Counted from the stretch's first letter, positions 41,311 through 54,632 are shown. The stretch: DNA of 64,000 nt from Octopus sinensis (GCF_006345805.1 NC_043006.1:87482001-87546000), one strand, 5' to 3'. The notes: generated by a model not told the origin, from the letters alone. A program made the numbers and translations.

Positions 41311-43090
41311 TCCCTTCTATCATACTTCAACTTATGCATAAAGTCACCTCCTCTCTACTATACTCCCTCTCAGTTGAGGGCACTCTTTTGTATTGCAAGT
41401 TACTTGGCAACCACACTAGTGTTAGTGCCAGGGCAACTATACTCTGTGAAGGGACTGACTTTGGGAAGAGCATCCAGTCATGGAAATTATGCCAAAGCAG
41501 ACACTGAAGTATAATGCAATCCTCCAGTTCACTGGATCAAATCAAACTGTCCATCCAAGCCAGCATGGAAGACAGTCATTAAATGAGTATCTATTGTGAT
41601 TTCTTTATTAATATATGTGTTGTGTTGGCAATATGTAGTCCAAGATGAACTCGGGGATTGCTTACCAAGTGTTTGTGGTTGCTTAGTGTATGGAGCAGAA
41701 GTTAATGACTGAGGAAAAGTAATTGATGTCATATATGTGTTTGAGTTAGTGTAGCTGTTTAGAATAAAAAGGGAATTTTAGTTACTGTGCATATATGTTA
41801 CCTGTTTATGTGTTTGCCAAACATTTTATACTGTAAAGAAGACACAGGATGGCCATTAAGAATCAGGCTATAAAAAAAATAAAGCTCAAATGGACAGTAA
41901 AATATTAAAATTAGGAATGGCAAAACACAATACAGTGCAAGAAAGAAAAGCATAAAGAGTCATGTAATACACTGTAGCATTGTGTTCCATCCCTTTAGCA
42001 TCTTCAATCAAATTCTGCCATGATCAGCTTTGCCTGTTATCCTTTAGGGGTCAATAACATTAGTAGCAACCCAATTCCTGAGATGTAGTTAACTACACTC
42101 CACTCATAAAGGTTGCAGTCATGTGTCTATGTTAGAAATTATGATTAACATTATAACTATTTCCATTAAAAAATTTTGAACATTTATCTATCTGTTGTAC
42201 AGGACACTATACATAATGAACACACCCATGCATACATAAAAAAATAATTGAAAATATGTATTACTTAAAAAATAATTTGTTCTTATCATTTTAAAATCAT
42301 TTGTATTAAAAAATTAGTTGAGATTAAGTTTTGATGTATTTCTATTGACGTTTATTTTCTTATCCCAGACCAGATAACTTGAAAAATATGTGTTTCTTTT
42401 CAAAATGTAATTGGTTCTTATCATTAAAGAGACCCAGTCTATGTTAAGTTTTTGTATGATTTTGTGCAAATACGGAGCTATACTAATATTAGTAAACATC
42501 AAACACTTTAAAAGATATATTCAGTAACTAATATGTTTCTAATCTATTTGTATTTTAGTCATTTTGTCTTTGTATGAATATGTCTTACAACAAATTTGTC
42601 CTTTGGTAATATGCTTTTGACCAATGTGTTTTTGATAAATATCATTCAGATGAACACGCCATATCCTACATTCATTCATTTGTTCTTCATGTCCATTTTT
42701 CCCTGCACGAATTATATGAATATATATTACTGAGACATTGTTCTGCAGCTGGATATCCTTCTTCTCACTAACCCTTTGCTGTTTTTCAAGTAAGAGATCT
42801 CTTATTCCACAAGTCTTCAGAAGTACAGAGTTTGCAGATAATTTGCTGATAGAGAAATGATAAACTTCACCGCTTGTAGTTCAGTGGTATTTTGTGGGAA
42901 GCATGCAAAATGTAAACATTCATTCATGCATGCACACACAGACACACACACAATGGTTCATACATTTCCAGTCATTTTACCAAAGTAAGACATAAAGCAT
43001 TGGTTGGTCTGAGGCCACAGTAGAAGACACTTACCCAACTTACCTTCTTATGCATACATGTATACACACATGTACATATAATATATAACT

Positions 43091-43402
43091 GGCACTGCGT
43101 CGGTTACGACGACAAGGGTTCCAGTTGATCTGATCAATGGAACAGCCTGCTCGTGAAATTAACATGCAAGTGGCTGAGTACTCCACAGACACATGCACCC
43201 TTAACATAGTTCTCAGAGAGATTGAACATGACACAATGTGACATGCATGGCTGGTCTTTTGAATTACCAGTACAGCTCATCTTTGCCAGTTGAGTGAACT
43301 GGGGCAATGTGAAATAAAAGTCTTGTTCAAGATCACAATGCATGTCAGAAATCAAGTTTGTGACCTTATGATCATGAACCAAATACCCTAACCACTCAGC
43401 CA
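43091..43402 (-). mobile_element. tRNA-derived SINE sharing its core with 15838 and its tail with 7384
   Basis: TTGCCAGTTGAGTGAACTGG core; tail GGCACTGCGTCGGTTACGACGAC. Confidence 0.75.
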
Positions 43403-43408
43403 CCTGAC

Positions 43409-43432
43409 TTCATTCGTTCGTACGTACGTACG

Positions 43433-43487
<55 letters not shown>

Positions 43488-43753
43488 ATGCATGCATGCA
43501 TGCATGTGCATGCATGCATGCATGCATGCATGCATGCATGCATGCATGCATGCATACATACATACATACATACATACATACATACATACATACATACATA
43601 CATACATACATACATACATACATACATACATACATACATACATACATACATACATACATACATACATACATACATACATACATACATTCATTCATTCATT
43701 CATTCATTCATTCATCATTCATTCATTCATTCATTCATCATTCATTCATTCAT
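43409..43753. repeat. Compound tetranucleotide array TTCA-TTCG-TACG-TGCG-TGCA-TACA-TTCA
   Basis: Seen directly. Confidence 0.95.
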
Positions 43754-44461
43754 TTTGCAAGCTTTCTGATATGAAATTCTGTGGTGTAAAAGATATTGTA
43801 CATTTCGAGATGGTCATTTTCGTTTTTTTTTTTGTTTTTTTTTTTCCAAATAACCATACTCCACTCACTGGAGAATGGACTAAACAGGACAGGAGGAAAC
43901 ATGTGGGATGGAGAGTTGTTGAAGAGATCACAGGATGTGTGACGAAAGATTTAAGACAAAAGACACTAAAATAAGAATGATAATTATGCTGATGTGAAGA
44001 ACGAGTATAGAGTGTTTATGGTTATTTGGAAGAGAAAAAAATGACCATCCTGAAATTTAACAATACATAAATATAAACAGACTGAGTAAATGTTTGGCTT
44101 AGCTTCTCATGATACATGAAGTTTCATGGAAAAACAGGTCCAGCTCTTCTCAATGCACACAACTCCAAGTGTTGAGTGTTGCTGTTATATGTTTGTTCAC
44201 TCACTTTTATAAATGTTTGTGTGTGTGGGGGGGGAGAGAGAGAGAGAGAGATCTATGAGACATATGCATAGCAGTATGATAGATTGTCTTGACAGTGGTA
44301 CACACAGCTAAACAGCTAACAGACTGGGTCTACATTGTGACACACACACACATATATATACCAGAGTAATCAAATAAATGTGAAACAAGGTGGAAAAATC
44401 AGTACTTGAATACCAGAAGTAGTGTAATATGTTTTATTTATAAAGCTACAAAGACGTCACT

Positions 44462-44785
44462 AAAACTGTTACTCAGAGTTTGACATTCCCGTTTGTTGGA
44501 CAGATTTGGTTGAGAATGGAACAAAATATGGTTATACGCATAAACATACAATTACGTTGATAGACACACATTTGAAAATGGGTTTGTTTCATTGGTCTCT
44601 TCAACTAACAGTTTTTTCAATAACCAGTTATATGAAATTACAATTACTATTTAAAATCATAATATGATTTTAAATCTATCAACGTAATTGTGTAATTGTA
44701 TATTTATGCATATAACCATATTTTGTTCCATTCTCAACCAAATCTATCCAACAAACAGGAACGGGAAACTCTGAGTAACAGTTTT
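44462..44785. repeat. Inverted repeat with arms of about 105 bp (probable inverted Penelope pLTR pair)
   Basis: 44462-44564 pairs with 44675-44785; additional 11-bp hairpin at 44650-44674. Confidence 0.85.
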
Positions 44786-44809
44786 TGAATTATGTAGTGT
44801 GTATATATA

Positions 44810-44851
<42 letters not shown>

Positions 44852-45185
44852 GTGGCCTAATCAATAGTCTATGTTGTAGTGTATATATCAAAGTTTGCTA
44901 TTAAGAAAGATGCCTTCTATAGGTGCATCACTCTGAATCAACCTGATGCTCTTTATGATTGAGAATATAAGATGTATATAGATAAGTGTGCATGTGGTGT
45001 TATCATGAACAAACACACAATATCCCTCTCACAAACACAAACATATAGACTCGCTTGTAATTTTAAACTCAATACTACTGTGTAAAAGATTTTAATATAA
45101 TAATTACAAGAGAATAAGATTGTGCTTGTGAGAGAGAGAGAGTGTGTGTGTGTGAGTGATAATATACATGAACACACACAATATA

Positions 45186-45218
<33 letters not shown>

Positions 45219-45314
45219 ATGAAAGTATGTGTATATATATATATATTTATATATATATATGAAAATATGTATATATATATATATATGAAAGTATGTATAT
45301 ATATATATATATAT

Positions 45315-46127
45315 CCCTAACCTTAACCCTAACCCTAACCCTTCACCCCTACTCCCCTTCCCTTCTTCCCTCTTTCTCCCTCCCTCCTTCCCTCTTCCCT
45401 CTGCTCCCTCACTCCCCTTCTCTCTCCCCCTCTCCCTCTTTCCTCCTTCCCCCCTTCCCCTCCTCCCCCTCCTCTTCCCCCTCCTCTTCCCCTCCCCTCC
45501 TCTCCCCCCTCTTCTCCCCCTCCTCCCTCTTCTCCTCCTCCCCCTCTTCTCCTCACTACACCACACGACTTTACACATCACATCATATATGATGTGCCAT
45601 ACTAATACATACACCAACTAATACATACTAATACGTACTAATACATACTAATACATACTAATACATACACCAACCCTATACATACACACGTCCAGACCCC
45701 TCATACGCACTTATACTCTCTCATACACACACACACACTTATACATACTAATACGTACTAATACATACTAATACATACTAATACATACACCAACCCCATA
45801 CATACGCCTGTCCAGACCTATCCTAGGGTCATTCAACCCTATTATCAACCCTATTATCTCCCCTTATTTCGGTCTCGCGTCTCATGTTTGATCTTTGACC
45901 TCTGGCCGAAATCAGATCGCCATGTTGATTCGCTAGCTTTTGCACGCGTATTTTTTTCTCTCCTTCTTTCTGTGTTTTTTTTCTCTCTGTGTATCTTTCT
46001 GTTGAAGAGCGTAGGCTCGAAACGTTAAAGACTTGTTTTATTTATATTTCCTGAGCGCCATACTAATACAATTGTTTGTTTGTTTTCCACCTGCCTTCGT
46101 CTTTTGTCTATTTTAATAAAGCTTCCC

Positions 46128-46130
<3 letters not shown>
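45315..46130 (+). mobile_element. Composite insert in (TA)n: (CCCTAA)-type repeats, polypyrimidine tract, tandem repeat and pLTR-like end with hammerhead motif (45994-46031)
   Basis: CCCTAACCTTAACCCTAACCCTAACCC at 45315-45341; TCTTT-CTGTTGA-A-GAGC-GTAG-GCTC-GAAA-CGTT-AAAGA. Confidence 0.55.
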
Positions 46131-46182
<52 letters not shown>

Positions 46183-46207
46183 ATGTATATATATGTATGT
46201 ATCTATG

Positions 46208-46241
<34 letters not shown>

Positions 46242-46270
46242 ACACACATATATATATATATATATAATAT

Positions 46271-46315
<45 letters not shown>

Positions 46316-46324
46316 CTCTGAGTA

Positions 46325-46530
46325 AACTCATACAGTTGTTGAGTGGTATCCAAGAAACTGGAAGAGATTAGCTGGAAGACCTCCAAGACAATGGAATGAT
46401 GACAGTCAAACAATTTAGGTCCTAACTGCAGAGGAGGGAACAGCCAAGGAAAGAATGGAAGTGCCTTGTAACCAGTGATGTATAAGGATATTAAGAGCAT
46501 CTGACAGTCTGATTGAAAATGGAAGAAGGT
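46325..46530 (+). mobile_element. RTE-type LINE 3' fragment
   Basis: WYPRNWKRLAGRPPRQWND matches the RTE C-terminal W.P...KR..GRP..RW motif. Confidence 0.6.
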
Positions 46531-46604
46531 AAATTATATTTAGTCAGGGACAAACATTCGCATATACTACACAATATGCATGTATGCAAGCATACATACA
46601 TACA

Positions 46605-46635
<31 letters not shown>

Positions 46636-46763
46636 CCTAAATAACTGATACAGAAGCCAGAGTATACTTGTAAGGACATCTCCAACATACAGTTTAAATG
46701 CTAAATTTTGAATTTCAAATCTAAACTTTTATTTATAATTTATATATATATACACACACACCA

Positions 46764-46877
<114 letters not shown>

Positions 46878-47018
46878 TGTATATATGTATTTATATATAT
46901 ATATATGTATTATATATATATATGTATATATATATATGTGTATTTATATATATATATGTGTGTGTGTGTGCGTGTGTTTATATATATATATATATATAAG
47001 CAATAATTATAATATGCT

Positions 47019-47141
47019 TATGCAACTGGGCATGAATTTTTGCAGTTTCTTTTGGGGTTTTTCAACCAGCTTCAGTTCACTTTGAGCCAAGCTGGTTGAA
47101 AGACCTCGAACGAAGCTGTGCAGAAAATGCCCAGTTGCATA
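47019..47141. repeat. 123-bp hairpin-forming palindrome
   Basis: Perfect 15-bp outer arms (47019-47033 and 47127-47141) and 12-bp inner arms (47061-47072 and 47089-47100). Confidence 0.9.
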
Positions 47142-47899
47142 TGTAACTTCCCATACTCTGTGCAGTAGAAACACATGTAGGTCATCATAACCATGAAGAC
47201 ATGTATGACATTGTAAAATAAAAGGAAATAAATTTGGGGGATGTACCAGTCTCCATGTTTTTTATCATTATAATTACTGTTAATATACATTCCAGTGAAG
47301 TGAACATGGAATTACCCATTGGTAGAATTTACAGTGTGAGTGACAACTCCTAGTAGTCATAGACATTAAGTACTAATCGATGTGGTTAGCCATAACCTGG
47401 AACATAAATGAGAGCTATCACAGTATCTGATCGGATTATATATCCCTCTAAACACACACATATCAAGAGAGAGAAATTCAGGAGCAACTCTTTACTAAAG
47501 TATGACATAGACATGTTGAAAACATGGCATTAACTCCATAAACACAGTTTAAAAGAATTTCCATTCAATGTTTCATGTTTACTGAATTTATTTTTATTAT
47601 AATATTGACACTATAAAATAATTCAGAAAAGTGTCTACATTTTAAATGTTCCTCTTTCACAAGATTTCAAGAGTTAGTTTTAAATTTCAAATGTACATTT
47701 TTTGTTTCTTTGTTTGAATATATCTTTAAAAAAACATACACAAAATTTAAAACAGTAAAACAACACTAGAAAATGATAAAATTTGTAATAAGATTAGCAA
47801 TAAAATGTACAAGTTTTTTAGATTAAATAAATATATCATGTATTCATGAGAACTGCTATAAGCAGACCACCACAGCTTGTGATTTCTAACATCAATAAC

Positions 47900-49550
47900 T
47901 ACACCAATAACTATTGACATTTCTTTACCAAGTAGAATTTGACATCAAATAGTGTCATGCAAATTAAAACCATAACTGTCTCTGAACCTACTGAGTAAAC
48001 TGACAGCTGCTTTATTGTAACTGCTTGACATGTAATCACAAACTCACTGACCCTATAGTAATTCAAGTCAGCTAACTCATTGGAGCTCTACTAGTTTAGT
48101 CTTTTGCCAACTGTCTTAAGCAGCAAATGTGGTCCACTTTTGACTTATCAGAAATAGCTAGGCAGGTGAACAAACTATCTTTCAAACATGTCTCTCCATA
48201 TTGTACACACAACTAAAACTCAGTCTCTCAAGTAACTCAGAGTTTCACACAAACTGTTCGGTCTATATGCAAGGTCTGGAGAATCTTGCTTACTCCCAAA
48301 TACTGGTGGCATTTGCCTCAGAAAACAATTCTTGCAAAAGATGCCTTACTATATCATACAGCCCCCGTACCTTTCTACCCCATGAACTATAGCCAGTTCT
48401 TCTGGTCTTTACCAACTTTTTAGTGTCCTCTTTTCTTGTCCTCAGCAATGACGGCTCTGTAAGTAGTACACTTGACAATAGTACAGTTAGCACAGATTGC
48501 AGCTTTGAGTACTGAATTTTATATCGTATTGCATTGCACTCATCATTAACCAACTAATGAAAGTAACTGAAACCAATTGAATTATTGTACACAACCCAAT
48601 TCGATTGTCTCTATCCAAATGAACATAGGACTACAAAAAGGAAAAACATAATACAACTGAATTCAATCTTTAGATATTAAGTGAATAATGAATACACAAA
48701 CTACCACCAGCAACTTTGTGATAAATTCTATTAAATCTACATATACTACCAACCAGAGATACTCACAAATAAACTGCTAGTCCTTAAAAATACAAACTTA
48801 GGATGATGTGGTTTTCCAGTGAGAAGGTCTCTTGGATTTTAATAAATAATATAACCGTGTACAAGTGGTTTTTGTCAAAAATATATTAGTCCAAGAGAGA
48901 TTCTAACACTTTTCACTAGATTACTGTACCTTCTCAAGAAAAATGCTCAGTTAATATCATTGACTATGTTTGCTAAAACATGTGGCATTTCCTAAAACTA
49001 GGTGGATATGAAAGAAGAACATGCTCATGTAAAATTCAACCAATCATATCTTCTTATTAGCTGTTAGAATGAATCTTTTGCTTTGCAGAATTTCGAAGCA
49101 ATGGAGTAGAATATTGAGGAGTTACTTAACCATCCTGGAATTCAATAAGTGTGACTGGCATCTCTGGCAAATAAAGCTAGCTTCTCTAGGTGCAACTTGT
49201 TTCTAAAACAAATGCAACCAGCTTCTGCAACAAGCAAAGCTTATAACATTTCTGCTGTTGGAAGATTTGACATATCTGCTGTGCTATATAATCCAATACA
49301 ATGGTTATGTGAGTCATTCTATTTAGTGAGGCCAGAAGTTTGACAATGAAGGTGAGCTGGACAGTTGAGTAAGGTGATTGGATGCGCAGACAATGGATTC
49401 ATTATATTCCTGATTCTGTAGAAACTTCCCAGTTAATTTTCTTTAATGCATTTTCATCCTCCTGTTTCAGCTCCTTACAGCAACCCTAAAAGAAGACCAT
49501 GTTAAAAATCCAGGATGCAGCACTCATTTTTTTTTACCTCTGTTAATAAC
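47900..49550 (-). mobile_element. Possible ancient P-element/THAP9-like transposase relic
   Basis: Weak: PHLLLKTV near 48110-48135, YPPSFRK near 49000 and FICQRC near 49170; no long ORF. Confidence 0.25.
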
Positions 49551-49608
49551 TGCTACAGTGGTTGTCACATGATGAGTAATAGGGTCCAAAAAGCACATGA
49601 ATAGGGAC

Positions 49609-50629
49609 AGTCCATGATCAATTCAGAAAGAAAACTACAATTTCATCACTCAAAATTTCTTGCCAGTCAACAAAGGTCCAGGAGTGTCTTCTGTTAGTGG
49701 AAAGAATGTATCTACCCAAAACAGTTCGCTGAAATTTGAACCAGTGTGGTCCTCATGGACACATTCCTTGTAGGAAACCTCTCCTCACTACCAGGCATAA
49801 ATCAAGTAATGTTTCTTTTGCCAAAACCTTTGTGAGTAAGGAGAAGGAGTTTTGGAATAAAATTCTTTTTTCTGACGAGACTAAAATCAACTTGTTTGAA
49901 TCAGATGATACTAAATGAGTATGGCAACAACCAGGTGAAGATAATAGTAACAACTGCACCATGCCTACCATGAGACACGGAGGTAGAAGTGTTATGCTTT
50001 GGGGATGCATGAGTGTGTCTGGTGTGGGGTGACTCACATTTATTGAGAGAACAATGGATTCAAGGTTTTATTGTGACATATTTTAGAAAACAATATTCAA
50101 AAGCATCAAGGAACTTGGAAGACATGCCATGTTCCAACATGATAATGACCCTAAACACAATTCAAAGATGATGACTAAGTTTATATCAGATAAAAAAAGT
50201 AAAGGTATTGCCTTGGCCTGCCATGTCACCTAATTTCAACCCAATAGAACATCTGTGGGGTGTTTTGAAAAGGAAGGTTGAGGAGAAAAAAACCTCGCAA
50301 TGTAATACAGTTGAAAGACATCATTCAGATGAATGGTAGATTTCATCGGTTATACGAGGAAATTTAGTCAAATCTATGCCCAGAAGACTTAATGCAGTCA
50401 TTGAAAGCAAAGGTGGTCACACCAAATATTGAATATAGCAAATAATCCTTTAAGGTAACCATATTTTTGCATCATTTGAAAATTAATATTTCAGTCATAT
50501 CTTTGAAAATGTTTATTGTTGTGTTCCAAGTTTATGTGTGCATGCATGTTTGATTTCCTTCAATATTATCAAAATAATGGCAATTTTACTGAAATTTTTT
50601 AGGGCTGTACATACTTCTGTGGGACACTA
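49609..50629 (+). mobile_element. 5'-truncated Tc1 (DD34E) transposon, pseudogenised
   Basis: ILFSDETKINLF, HGGRSVMLWGCM, FQHDNDPKH, WPAMSPNFNPIEHLW (34 residues between D and E after removing one extra A), MPRRLNAVIESKGGHTKY*; right TIR ..GTACATACTTCTGTGGGACACTA|TA. Confidence 0.9.
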
Positions 50630-51217
50630 TATGTGTGTGTCTGAAAGAATAACAACAATTTGGTAAACAAAACCATCTTATGATAATCATTTTGATCCCA
50701 TTTGTTTCTTTTGCCCAGGTCAAATTTGCCCACATCTCATCATCAGGTGGTCAACTTAGATACCAGACAAAGTAGTAGGGTGGACATTATTGTTGACCAA
50801 ATTTTTACAGCTACAGTCCAATGACTGAAACCAGTGGAAGAGTGGGTTAGAGACACACACACACACACACACAGAGATCCTGGGAGAGAAGAGCCAGAGG
50901 ACAGAGAAAGAAAACAAAAAAAAACAAAAACAAAGAAAAATGGCAGAAGATTGGCAAATTGTTTGAAATGCTATACACAGATATAAAGCTTTCATTTCTA
51001 TTAGCAGCACTTATTCATTATTTGTGATATGAAGAGATAAATAGTGTGTGAGGCTGCAATAAACAACACCACTGCACTGATGTACAGTTTATGAACATGC
51101 GGTCCATGCTATGAATAAATCATTCATTTCAAGAGTTGGCACATCCCACCTCGGAAGCTAAGCATCCAGCTGTAAAACATCTGTTCCATCAATATATTAT
51201 ACAGTCTTTCGTAAACG

Positions 51218-51272
<55 letters not shown>

Positions 51273-51438
51273 GAGGGGGAGTGAGAGAGGTGGGAGAAAG
51301 AGTCACTGAAAAACGTCAAATAAATGGTAAATGCCTCAAGGCAGAACAAAGATTGAAAACCAGTATATTTGTGAATTGGTGTATCAGAAATATACATATC
51401 ACATTTTAGAAATGAAATATCAAAGCAAACATATATAT

Positions 51439-51488
<50 letters not shown>

Positions 51489-51620
51489 TATATATCGTTG
51501 TCGATAACACCCAAATGAAGGTGTTTCGTTTCTAGTCACTCTAGTGAATTGAACTTTGGCCAGTAGGAACTTATGTCATCAGATGGTATGTAATGATCAT
51601 CAGGTATATAAATATACATA

Positions 51621-53520
51621 AATGCATTCTAGTTTGGTGATGGTAGTGTCGGGACAAATCACGATGGTCAGGCGGTAGTAGATGACGGACGCGATGTACG
51701 TGTTCACCACCTATGCCCAACCTTTTAGGGACAGTTTCCTCTCAGCCCATTGCCGGACAAGAGTGACCACCCTACTCGTTATCTCGTTCCAGTTCTTCTC
51801 CACTTGGAGGTCCGGACCGAACCAGACCCTGAGCAACTCGACCGGGCCGTCGGTCCAGCGTCCCACGACGGAGGCGCTGGTGGACAGCATGGGCTTGCTT
51901 CTCCAGGTGCCTAGTCACAAGCCCACTGACTTTTCCCGGTTGATTTTTGCTCCTGTCACCGCTTCGTAGTTTTTCAGTGTCTCGCTGACCTGCTCGATGT
52001 GCTCGTGGCTAGACACTATGATGGTGACGTCGTCCGCGTATGCAGACACGCTCATCCCGCATCCCAGTTCTCACGAGATGCCCCTCAAAGTTGCCAGCTT
52101 TCGCAATAATGGCTCGAGAATCAATACGTATAGAAGCGACGAGAGGGTCATCCCTGATGGACCGAACGTGCGATGTTGAAAGGTCTCGATAGATGTCCAT
52201 TTACGCGAATTACCGAACGGATGCCTCTGTACAAAGCGGCTATCCAGCCGCGGAAGACAGGACCGAAGCCAGCCGCTCTGAGGACTGCCTCTAAGTATCG
52301 ATGGTCCACCCTATCGAAAGCTTTCGATTGATCCAAATTGATCAGCGCCCCACCCATGCCAGGTTCATCAACGATCCTGTCTATGATGTAGCGCATCAGG
52401 TGGAGGTTGTCATGGATGGTCCGGCCCAGCATGGTGCATGTTTGCGCTTTGTCGACCAGTTTCTCAATGACAAGCGCCAACCTCTTGGCTAGCACCTTGG
52501 CCAAAATTTTCAAGTCTGCATTAAGCAGAGTGATGGGCCTAAAGTTATCTATTACATTTCCCTTGTTTAGATCTTTCTTCAGCAGTGTTATGGCTCCTCG
52601 GCTCACAAAACCAGGAATGCTCCCGTTTTGCTGCCAGTTGCAGTACACTACTGCCAAGACATCTCCAAACAAGTCTGGCATACAATTGTAAAGCTCGTAG
52701 GGTAGACCATCCAAACCCGGTGATTTGTCCCTCGAGCATTCTGCCATCGCATCCTGCACTTCCGCTGCCATGATGGCACCTTCGCAGCACCCTGCCTCTC
52801 TTGTCGAGAGTCGTGGTAGGCTGTGTAGGTAGGCACTGAAGTCCACCCTATGTTCTTGCCTGCCACTCATCCTGAACAGTCGGGCAAAATGCTGTTGAAA
52901 GGCCTCACACATTTTACTTGGCTTGAGCAATTCGTGCCCCTGTTCATCTATCAGAGACCGAATGGTGGCTTTGTTGCCCTGTTGCGCCTCTGCCGCCCGG
53001 GCCTCTCTCGCGGCTCCAACACCTTCGTTCCTTAGAGCATGCATCCTAGCTCTGACAGCACACCCTTCGTGTTTGGCGTTGAAGTGTTGGTTGAGGGCCA
53101 ACCTCGCCGCCAAAACGTTGGATGCGATGCCGCTTCTAATTGCCTCTTCTAGCTTCTTAACTAGCTCACCCTCTACTCTATTTCTATCTATGGCTAGTGC
53201 TTTGCTGTACCTAATCGCTTCTGCTTTTACTGCTCTCTTGAGGGCAAACCACCATTTGTTGTTGATGATGGCTCCCGTTAAAGCCCTCTTTACTAGTGTG
53301 CTAATCCGGTCTCTGAAAACCTGTCTTGATGGGAAAGACGCGTTTAGTTTCCAGGATCCGGGACCCTGCCTAAGTGTCTTACCTAAGTCTAGCGTACATG
53401 TCACAAGTTTGTGATCCATGTAGCTGACTATGTGGAATTGTGGATATCCTATGCTATCTCTATCTACTGTCCTACACAGTATCCTATCTAGATACGATCT
53501 CGACAACCCGATGCAGTTGT
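51621..53520 (-). mobile_element. Tx1/L1-group LINE internal fragment (end of APE endonuclease plus RT), truncated at both ends
   Basis: YLDRIL..DHKLV, FRPITLLNADLKILAKVLAKRL, LDQSKAFDRVDH, QG.P (frameshift near 52150) and SAYADDVT; CpG-rich and young-looking. Confidence 0.92.
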
Positions 53521-53775
53521 AGACAGAAACTAAAAGAAGCCTGTCATATACATGTGTGTGTGTGTGTATCTTTGTGTCAGTGTTTCCCCCCCCCCCATTG
53601 CTTGACAACCGACGTTGGTGTGTTTATGCCCTTGTAACTTAGTGGTTCAGCAAAAGAGACCAATAGAATAAGTACTAGGCTTACAAAGAATAAGTCCTGG
53701 GGTCTTAAAAAAACCCAATAAGGTTGTGCTCCAGCATGGTCACTGTCAAATGACTGAAACAGGTAAGAGAATAAG
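53521..53775 (+). mobile_element. 3' half of a SINE family A copy, abutting the LINE 5' end
   Basis: Starts at AGACAGAAACT(A)AAAGAAGCC, which is mid-consensus. Confidence 0.8.
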
Positions 53776-54632
53776 AGAATATATACACAATCGTCGTCGT
53801 TTAATGTCTACTTTTCTCTGCTTGCATGACTCAGATGGAATTTGTTGAGGCAGATTTTCTATGACTAGAAATTAACAGTAACTTTTGTATGATGATGATG
53901 CTTATTTACAATCATCATATGATGTCAAGACAAGGGTACACACAAACACATATATTACATACAATAGGTTTCATTCAGTTTCCACTGACCAAATCTATTC
54001 ACAAGTCATCGGTCAACCTAGGACTATAGTAGAAGACACTTGCTCAATGTGTCATGTAGTGGTACTAAAACCAAGACCATATGGTCAGGAGGTAAGTTTC
54101 TCAATTACATAGCCATGCTTGCATCTATATATAATATATAATATAAAATATAAGTATGTGTATCTGTGTGAGTATGTTCATATTTTGCAGTCCACAGTGA
54201 CAACAATAAGTGAGATTGATTTTTTTCTAAATGGATATTGCAGGCTGCTGCAATATATGCAGCTTCTCACAGAGATTAAAGCCCTATCAAGGATTCCCCA
54301 TGTCATGTTACAGTAGTTGTTTCCTAGGTCCCCGGTGAACCTGAGACAAAATGATAAAGTTTTCCCTGTTCCTATACTTAAAGGAGGGCATGTGCTGTGT
54401 AAATTTTCCCTTGAAATTATCATAGTTCTTATGACCATATAGTATCTAGGGAAGCAATATCTCCCAGTAAGCAGTAGGTAGAATTTTGAAAACTCTAGAT
54501 TGCAGTGTGGGAGGAAATCTGCGTCGGTGCAGGTTTGATTGAGTTGCAGCATGCAATTTAGGAAGTGATATTTTCTATGCATAAGTTACTAAGCTTGAAG
54601 GGGAGGAATTAAAGAGGCTATGATGTCTTGGG

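Noticed and set aside
47053-47110. TTCAACCAGCT resembles the 3' end of miR-133
   Set aside because: The seed region (UUGGUCC) is absent and the arm position is wrong; not miR-133.
52148-53608. 486-aa ORF as an intact gene
   Set aside because: The start codon lies in the adjacent SINE; the ORF is a LINE fragment ending at a frameshift or stop within RT.
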